NCBI GenBank assembly: GCA_964016885.1
Contig: OZ024762.1
Span: forward strand, 28,334,001-28,398,000
Direction: 5' to 3'
Source of the DNA: Eledone cirrhosa
Taxonomy: Eukaryota
DNA length: 64,000 nt
The position numbers and the translations under genes were made by a program. This document shows, piece after piece, positions 54,301-64,000 of the stretch (position 1 is its first letter; every line of letters starts with the position of its first letter). The notes below the pieces were generated by a model. The model ran no database searches, was not told the DNA's origin, and saw only the letters and a list, made by a program, of their open reading frames with translations.

Positions 54301-57300
54301 AAATATTTGGTTGGTGTGTAACAAGACAGTAGCTTTAATTAAATATTAGGTTTGTCTGTAACAAGACGGTAGCTTTTATTCAATATTCGGTTGGTGTGTA
54401 GCTTTTATTAAATATTAGGTTGGTCTCTAACAAGACAATAGCTTTTATCAAATATTGGGTTGGTGTGTAACAAGGCAGTAGCTTTTATTAAATATTGGGT
54501 TCGTGTGTAACAAGACAGTAGCTTTTATTAAATATTAGGTTCGTGTGTAACAAGACAGTAGCTTTTATTAAATATTAGGTTTGTCTGTAACAAGACAGTA
54601 GCTTTTATTAAATAATATGTTGGTGTGTAACAAGAAAATATCTTTTATTATGTATTGGGTTGGTGTGTAACAAGACAGTAGCTTTTATTAAATATTAGGT
54701 TTGTGTGTAACTAGACAGTAGCTTTTATTAAATATTATGTTGGTCTGTAACAAGACAATAGCTCTTATTAAATATTGGGTTGGTCTGTAACAAGAAAATA
54801 GCTTTTATTATGTATTGGGTTGGTGTGTAAGAAGACAGTAGCTTTTATTAAATATTAGGTTGGTGTGTAACAAGACAGTAGCTTTCATTAAATATTAGGT
54901 TGGTCTGTAACAAGATAGTAGTTTTTATTGTATATTGGGTTGGCGTGTAACAAGACAGTAGCTTTTATTAAATATTGGATTGCTACGTAACAAGACAGTA
55001 GCTTTTATTAAATATTAGGTTTGTCTGTAAGAAGACAGTAGCTTTTATTCAATCTTGCGTTGGTGTGTAACAAGACAGTAGCTTTTATTAAATATTGGGT
55101 TGGTCTGTAACAAGACAATAGCTTTTATTATATATTGGGTTGGTCTGTAACAAGACGGTAGCTTTTATTCAATATTGGGTTGGCGTGTTACAAGACAGTA
55201 GCTTTTATTCAATATTGGGTTGGTGTGTAACTAGACAGTAGCTTTTATTAAATATTAGGTTGGTCTGTAACAAGACAATAGCTTTTATTAAATATTGGGT
55301 TGGTCTGTAACAAGACAGTAGCTTTTATTAAATATTAGGTTTGTCTGTAACAAGACGGTAGCTTTTATTCAATATTCGGTTTGTGTGTAGCTTTTATTAA
55401 ATATTAGGTTGGTCTGTAACAAGACAATAGCTTTTATCAAATATTGGGTTGGTGTGTAACAAGACAGTAGCCTTTACTAAATATTAGGTACGTCTGTAAC
55501 AAGACGGTAGCTTTTATTCAATATTCGGTTGGTTACAACAAGACAGTAGCTTTTATTAAGTATTAGGTTGGTCTGTAACAAGACAGTAGCTTTTATTAAA
55601 TATTGGTTTTGTGTGTAACAAGACAGTAGCTTTTATTCAATATTAGGTTGGTGTTTAACAAGACAGTAGCTTTTATTAAATATTAGGTTGATGTGTAACA
55701 AGAAAGTAGCTTTTATTAAATATTAGGTTGGTCTGTAACAAGACAGTAGCTTTTATTCAATATTGGGTTGGTGTGTAACAAGACAGTAGCTTGTATTCAA
55801 TATTAGGTTGGTCTGTAACAAGACAGTAGCTTTTATTAAATATTGGGTTGTTGTGTAACAAGACAGTAGCTTTGATAAAATATTAGGTTTGTGTGTAACA
55901 AGACAGTAGCTTTTATTAAATATTAGGTTTGTGTGTAAATAGACAGTAGCTTTTATTAAATATTAGGTTGGTCTGTAACAAGATAGTAGCTTATATTATA
56001 TATTGGGTTGGGGTGTAACAAGACAGTAGCTTTTATTCAATATTGGGTTGGTGTGTAAAAAGACAGTAGCTTGTTTAAATATTAGGTTGGTCTGTAACAA
56101 GATAGTAGCTTATATTATATATTGGGTTGGGGTGTAACAAGACAGTAGCTTTTATTCAATATTGGGTTGGTGTGTAAAAAGACAGTAGCTTGTATTCAAT
56201 ATTAGGTTGGTCTGTAACAAGACAGTAGCTTTGATTAAATATTAGGTTTGTGTGTAACAAGACTAGCTTTTATTAAATATTAGGTTGGTGTGTAACAAGA
56301 CAGTAGCTTTTATTAAATATTATGTTGGTCTGTAACAAGACAATAGCTCTTATTATATATTGGGTTGGTCTGTAACAAGAAAATAGCTTTTATTATGTAT
56401 TGGGTTGGTGTGTAAAAAGACAGTAGCTTTTATTAAATATTAGGTTGGTCTGTAACAAGACAGTAGCTTTCATTAAATATTAGGTTGGTCTGTAACAAGA
56501 TAGTAGTTTTTATTGTATATTGGGTTGGCGTGTAACAAGACAGTAGCTTTCATTAAATATTGGATTGCTACGTAACAAGACAGTAGCTTTTATTAAATAT
56601 TAGGTTTGTGTGTAACAAGTCTGTAGCTTTTATTCAATCTTGGGTTGGTGTGTAACAAGACAGTAGCTTTTATTAAATATTGTGTTGGTCTGTAACAAGG
56701 CAATAGCTTTTATTATATATTGGGTTGGTCTGTAACAAGACAGTAGCTTTTATTCAATATTGGGTTGGCGTGTAACAAGACAGTAGCTTTTATTCAATAT
56801 TGGGTTGGTGTGTAACTAGACAGTAGCTTTTATTAAATATTAGGTTGGTCTGTAACAAGACAATAGCTTTTATTAAATATTGGGTTGGTCTGTAACAAGA
56901 CAGTAGCTTTTATTCAATATTAGGTTTGTCTGTAACAAGACAGTAGCTTTTATTCAATATTGGGTTGGTGTGTAACAAGACAGTAGCTTGTATTCAATAT
57001 TAGGTTGGTCTGTAACAAGACAGTAGCTTTTATTAAATATTGGGTTCGTGCGTAACAAGACAGTAGCTTTTATTAAATAATATGTTGGTCTGTAACAAGA
57101 AAATATCTTTTATTATGTATTGGGTTGGTGTGTAACAAGACAGTAGCTTTTATTAAATATTAGGTTTGTGTGTAACTAGAGAGTAGCTTTTATTAAATAT
57201 TAGGTTGGTCTGTAACAAGACAGTAGCTTTTATTAAATATTGGGTTGGTGTGTAACAAGACAGTAGCTTTTATTAAATATTAGGTTGGTCTGTAATAAGA

Positions 57301-60300
57301 CAATAGCTTTCATAATATATTGGGTTGGTGTGTAACAAGACAGTAGCTTGTATTCAATATTAGGTTGGTCTGTAACAAGACAGTAGCTTTTAATAAATAT
57401 TGGGTTGGTGTGTAACAAGACAGTAGCTTTGATTAAATATTAGGTTTGTGTGTAACAAGACTAGCTGATATTATATATTGGGTTGGGGTGTAACAAGACA
57501 GTAGCTTTTATTCTATATTAGGTTTGTCTGTAACAAGATAGTAGCTTTTATTCAATATTGGATTTGTGTGTAACAAGACAGTAGCTTGTATTCAATATTA
57601 GGTTGGTCTGTAACAAGACAGTAGCTTTGATTAAATATTAGGTTTGTGTGTAACAAGACTAGCTTTTATTAAATATTAGGTTGGTGTGTAACAAGACAGT
57701 AGCTTTTATTAAATATTATGTTGGTCTGTAACAAGACAATAGCTCTTATTAAATATTGGGTTGGTCTGTAACAAGAAAATAGCTTTTATTATGTATTGCG
57801 TTGGTGTGTAAGAAGAGAGTAGCTTTTATTAAATATTAGGTTGGTGTGTAACAAGACAGTAGCTTTCATTAAATATTAGGTTGGTCTGTAACAAGATAGT
57901 AGTTTTTATTGTATATTGGGTTGGCGTGTAACAAGACAGTAGCTTTTATTAAATATTGGATTGCTACGTAACAAGACAGTAGCTTTTATTAAATATTAGG
58001 TTTGTCTCTAACAAGACAGTAGCTTTTATTCAATCTTGGGTTGGTGTGTAACAAGACAGTAGCTTTTATTAAATATTGGGTTGGTCTGTAACAAGACAAT
58101 AGCTTTTATTATATATTGGGTTGGTCTGTAACAAGACAGTAGCTTTTATTCAATATTGGGTTGGCGTGTAACAAGACAGTAGCTTTTATTCAATATTGGG
58201 TTGGTGTGTAACTAGACAGTAGCTTTTATTAAATATTAGGTTGGTCTGTAACAAGACAATAGCTTTTATTAAATATTGGGTTGGTCTGTAACAAGACAGT
58301 AGCTTTTATTCAATATTAGGTTTGTCTGTAACAAGACAGTAGCTTTTATTCAATATTGGGTTGGTGTGTAACAAGACAGTAGCTTGTATTCAATATTAGG
58401 TTGGTCTGTAACAAGACAGTAGCTTTTATTAAATATTGGGTTCGTGCGTAACAAGACAGTAGCTTTTATTAAATAATATGTTGGTCTGTAACAAGAAAAT
58501 ATCTTTTATTATGTATTGGGTTGGTGTGTAACAAGATAGTAGCTTTTATTAAATATTAGGTTTGTGTGTAACAAGACAGTAGCATTTATTATATATTAGG
58601 TTGGTGTGTAACAAGACGGTAGCTTTTATTAAATATTGAGTTGGTGTGTAACAAGACAGTAGTTTTATTAAATATTTGGTTGGTGTGTAACAAGACGGTA
58701 GCTTTTATTCAATATTCGGTTGGTGTGTAGCTTTTATTAAATATTAGGTTGGTCTCTAACAAGACAATAGCTTTTATCAAATATTGGGTTGGTGTGTAAC
58801 AAGGCAGTAGCTTTTATTAAATATTGGGTTCGTGTGTAACAAGACAGTAGCTTTTATTAAATATTAGGTTCGTGTGTAACAAGACAGTAGCTTTTATTAT
58901 ATATTAGGTTTGTCTGTAACAAGACAGTAGCTTTTATTAAATAATATGTTGGTCTGTAACAAGAAAATATCTTTTATTATGTATTGGGTTGGTGTGTAAC
59001 AAGACAGTAGCTTTTATTAAATATTAGGTTTGTGTGTAACTAGACAGTAGCTTTTATTAAATATTATGTTGGTCTGTAACAAGACAATAGCTCTTATTAA
59101 ATATTGGGTTTGTCTGTAACAAGAAAATAGCTTTTATTATGTATTGGGTTGGTGTGTAAGAAGACAGTAGCTTTTATTAAATATTAGGTTGGTGTGTAAC
59201 AAGACAGTAGCTTTCATTAAATATTAGGTTGGTCTGTAACAAGATAGTAGTTTTTATTGTATATTGGGTTGGCGTGTAACAAGACAGTAGCTTTTATTAA
59301 ATATTGGATTGCTACGTAACAAGACAGTAGCTTTTATTAAATATTAGGTTTGTCTGTAAGAAGACAGTAGCTTTTATTCAATCTTGCGTTGGTGTGTAAC
59401 AAGACAGTAGCTTTTATTAAATATTGGGTTGGTCTGTAACAAGACAATATCTTTTATTATATATTGGGTTGGTCTGTAACAAGACAGTAGCTTTTATTCA
59501 ATATTGGGTTGGCGTGTTACAAGACAGTAGCTTTTATTCAATATTGGGTTGGTGTGTAACTAGACAGTAGCTTTTATTAAATATTAGGTTGGTCTGTAAC
59601 AAGACAATAGCTTTTATTAAATATTGGGTTGGTCTGTAACAAGACAGTAGCTTTTATTAAATATTAGGTTTGTCTGTAACAAGACGGTAGCTTTTATTCA
59701 ATATTCGGTTTGTGTGTAGCTTTTATTAAATATTAGGTTGGTCTGTAACAAGACAATAGCTTTTATCAAATATTGGGTTGGTGTGTAACAAGACAGTAGC
59801 TTTTAGTAAATATTAGGTACGTCTGTAACAAGACGGTAGCTTTTATTCAATATTCGGTTGGTTACAACAAGACAGTAGCTTTTATTAAGTATTAGGTTGG
59901 TCTGTAACAAGACAGTAGCTTTTATTAAATATTGGTTTGGTGTGTAACAAGACAGTTGCTTTTATTCAATATTAGGTTGGTGTTTGACAAGACAGTAGCT
60001 TTTATTAAATATTAGGTTGATGTGTAACAAGAAAGTAGCTTTTATTAAATATTAGGTTGGTCTGTAATAAGACAATAGCTTTCATTATATATTGGTATGG
60101 TGTGTAACAAGACAGTAGCTTTTATTAAATATTGGTTTGGTGTGTAACAAGACAGTAGCTTTTATTCAATATTAGGTTGGTGTTTAACAAGACAGTAGCT
60201 TTTATTAAATATTAGGTTGATGTGTAACAAGAAAGTAGCTTTTATTAAATATTAGGTTGGTCTGTAATAAGACAATAGCTTTCATTATATATTGGTATGG

Positions 60301-63300
60301 TGTGTAACAAGACAGTAGCTTTTATTCAATATTAGGTTGTTGTGTAACAAGACAGTAGCTTTTATTCAATATTAGGTTGGTCTGTAACAAGACAGTAGCT
60401 TTCATTATATATTGGGTTGGTGTGTAACAAGACAGTAGCTTTTATTAACTATTAGGTTGGTCTGTAACAAGACAGTAGCTTTTATTCAATATTGGGTTTG
60501 TGTGTAACAAGACAGTAGCTTGTATTCAATATTAGGTTGGTCTGTAACAAGACAGTAGCTTTGATTAAATATTAGGTTTGTGTGTAACAAGACTAGCTTT
60601 TATTAAATATTAGGTTGGTGTGTAACAAGACAGTAGCTTTTATTAAATATTATGTTGGTCTGTAACAAGACAATAGCTCTTATTAAATATTGGGTTGGTC
60701 TGTAACAAGAAAATAGCTTTTATTATGTATTGCGTTGGTGTGTAAGAAGAGAGTAGCTTTTATTAAATATTAGGTTGGTGTGTAACAAGACAGTAGCTTT
60801 CATTAAATATTAGGTTGGTCTGTAACAAGATAGTAGTTTTTATTGTATATTGGGTTGGCGTGTAACAAGACAGTAGCTTTTATTAAATATTGGATTGCTA
60901 CGTAACAAGACAGTAGCTTTTATTAAATATTGGGTTGGTCTGTAACAAGACAATAGCTTTTATTATATATTGGGTTGGTCTGTAACAAGACAGTAGCTTT
61001 TATTCAATATTGGGTTGGCGTGTAACAAGACAGTAGCTTTTATTCAATATTGGGTTGGTGTGTAACTAGACATTAGCTTTTATTAAATATTAGGTTGGTC
61101 TGTAACAAGACAATAGCTTTTATTAAATATTGGGTTGGTCTGTAACAAGACAGTAGCTTTTATTCAATATTAGGTTTTTCTGTAACAAGACAGTAGCTTT
61201 TATTCAATATTGGGTTGGTGTGTAACAAGACAGTAGCTTGTATTCAATATTAGGTTGGTCTGTAACAAGACAGTAGCTTTTATTATATATTGGGTTCGTG
61301 CGTAACAAGACAGTAGCTTTTATTAAATAATATGTTGGTCTGTAACAAGAAAATATCTTTTATTATGTATTGGGTTGGTGTGTAACAAGATAGTAGCTTT
61401 TATTAAATATTAGGTTGGTGTGTAACAAGACAGTAGCTTTTATTATATATTAGGTTGGTGTGTAACAAGACGGTAGCTTTTATTAAATATTGAGTTGGTG
61501 TGTAACAAGACAGTAGTTTTATTAAATATTTGGTTGGTGTGTAACAAGACAGTAGCTTTTATTAAATATTAGGTTTCTTTGTAACAAGACGGTAGCTTTT
61601 ATTCAATATTCGGTTGGTGTGTAGCTTTTATTAAATATTAGGTTGGTCTCTAACAAGACAATAGCTTTTATCAAATATTGGGTTGGTGTGTAACAAGGCA
61701 GTAGCTTTTATTAAATATTGGGTTCGTGTGTAACAAGACAGTAGCTTTTATTAAATATTAGGTTCGTGTGTAACAAGACAGTAGCTTTTATTAAATATTA
61801 GGTTTGTCTGTAACAAGACAGTAGCTTTTATTAAATAATATGTTGGTGTGTAACAAGAAAATATCTTTTATTATGTATTGGGTTGGTGTGTAACAAGACA
61901 GTAGCTTTTATTAAATATTAGGTTTGTGTGTAACTAGACAGTAGCTTTTATTAAATATTATGTTGGTCTGTAACAAGACAATAGCTCTTATTAAATATTG
62001 GGTTGGTCTGTAACAAGAAAATAGCTTTTATTATGTATTGGGTTGGTGTGTAAGAAGACAGTAGCTTTTATTAAATATTAGGTTGGTGTGTAACAAGACA
62101 GTAGCTTTCATTAAATATTAGGTTGGTCTGTAACAAGATAGTAGTTTTTATTGTATATTGGGTTGGCGTGTAACAAGACAGTAGCTTTTATTAAATATTG
62201 GATTGCTACGTAACAAGACAGTAGCTTTTATTAAATATTAGGTTTGTCTGTAAGAAGACAGTAGCTTTTATTCAATCTTGCGTTGGTGTGTAACAAGACA
62301 GTAGCTTTTATTAAATATTGGGTTGGTCTGTAACAAGACAATAGCTTTTATTATATATTGGGTTGGTCTGTAACAAGACGGTAGCTTTTATTCAATATTG
62401 GGTTGGCGTGTTACAAGACAGTAGCTTTTATTCAATATTGGGTTGGTGTGTAACTAGACAGTAGCTTTTATTAAATATTAGGTTGGTCTGTAACAAGACA
62501 ATAGCTTTTATTAAATATTGGGTTGGTCTGTAACAAGACAGTAGCTTTTATTAAATATTAGGTTTGTCTGTAACAAGACGGTAGCTTTTATTCAATATTC
62601 GGTTTGTGTGTAGCTTTTATTAAATATTAGGTTGGTCTGTAACAAGACAATAGCTTTTATCAAATATTGGGTTGGTGTGTAACAAGACAGTAGCCTTTAG
62701 TAAATATTAGGTACGTCTGTAACAAGACGGTAGCTTTTATTCAATATTCGGTTGGTTACAACAAGACAGTAGCTTTTATTAAGTATTAGGTTGGTCTGTA
62801 ACAAGACAGTAGCTTTTATTAAATATTGGTTTGGTGTGTAACAAGACAGTAGCTTTTATTCAATATTAGGTTGGTGTTTAACAAGACAGTAGCTTTTATT
62901 AAATATTAGGTTGATGTGTAACAAGAAAGTAGCTTTTATTAAATATTAGGTTGGTCTGTAATAAGACAATAGCTTTCATTATATATAGGTATGGTGTGTA
63001 ACAAGACAGTAGCTTTTATTCAATATTAGGTTGTTGTGTAACAAGACAGTAGCTTTTATTCAATATTAGGTTGGTCTGTAACAAGACAGTAGCTTTCATT
63101 ATATATTGGGTTGGTGTGTAACAAGACAGTAGCTTTTATTAACTATTAGGTTGGTCTGTAACAAGACAGTAGCTTTTATTAAATATTGGGTTGGTGTGTA
63201 ACAAGACAGTAGCTTTTATTAAATATTAGGTTGGTCTGTAATAAGACAATAGCTTTCATAATATATTGGGTTGGTGTGTAAAAAGACAGTGGCTTTTATT

Positions 63301-64000
63301 CAATATTAGGTTCGGCTGTAACAAGACAGTAGCTTTTATTCAATATTGGGTTGGTGTGTAACAAGACAGTAGCTTGTATTCAATATTAGGTTGGTGTGTA
63401 ACAAGACAGTAGCTTTTATTAAATATTGGGTTTGTGTGTAACAAGACAGTAGCTTTGATTAAATATTAGGTTTGTGTGTAACAAGACTAGCTTTTATTAA
63501 ATATTAGGTTGGTGTGTAACAAGACAGTAGCTTTTATTAAATATTAGGTTTGTGTGTAAATAGACAGTAGCTTTTATTAAATATTAGGCTGGTCTCTAAC
63601 AAGATAGTAGCTTATATTATATATTGGGTTGGGGTTTAACAAGACAGTAGTTTTATTAAATATTAGGTTGGTCTGTAACAAGACGGTAGCTTTTATTCAA
63701 TATTCGTTTGGTGTGTAACAAGACAGTAGCTGTTATTAAGTATTAGATTTGTCTGTAAAAAGACAGTAGCTTTTATTAAATATTTGGTTCGTGTGTAAGA
63801 AGACAGTAACTTTTATTAAATATTAGGTTTGTCTGTAACAAGACAGTAGCTTTTATTCAATATTGGGTTGGTGTGTAACAAGACAGTAGCTTGTATTCAA
63901 TATTAGGTTGGTCTGTAACAAGACAGTAGCTTTTATTAAATAATATGTTGGTCTGTAACAAGAAAATATCTTTTATTATGTATTGGGTTGGTGTGTAACA
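36386..64000. repeat. 40-bp satellite, consensus GTAACAAGACAGTAGCTTTTATTAAATATT(A/G)GGTTGGT(C/G)T, roughly 690 copies, running off the window end
   Basis: Uninterrupted tandem array with 38-bp and 29-bp deletion variants and higher-order periodicity. Confidence 0.98.

Noticed and set aside
36386-64000. CRISPR-like regular repeat; 61-aa ORFs at 45351, 48494, 49887 and 57233
   Set aside because: No unique spacers or cas genes; the ORFs are chance open frames repeated by the higher-order structure

Overview
Eukaryotic, repeat-saturated DNA from a (TA)n-rich genome, probably an invertebrate (species not determinable). No host gene is visible. 1-36.3 kb is a nest of microsatellite-associated retroelements: two Penelope-like element (PLE) families (RT + C-terminal GIY-YIG, resembling the Hydra clade), an RTE LINE, a Dong/R4 LINE inserted in that RTE's (TAA)n, three 5'-truncated RTE-X copies and two CR1-group fragments. 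36.4-64 kb is a 40-bp satellite with nested higher-order repeats. The main finding is hidden RNA structure, read by eye: type I hammerhead ribozyme (HHR) motifs occur in at least five unrelated sequence contexts. These are the 3' ends of both PLEs, every full unit of two non-coding tandem arrays (~466 bp and ~560 bp) and a solo ~370-bp unit; a 3' half-motif also sits at the satellite boundary. Several HHRs share unusual features: a mismatch instead of G10.1-C11.1, a very long stem II, a palindromic stem III and GUU/GUA sites. Both arrays have the same head-to-head 5' inversion as the coding PLE, suggesting a PLE/retrozyme parasite system. The YIYIY-type ORFs are microsatellite artefacts.
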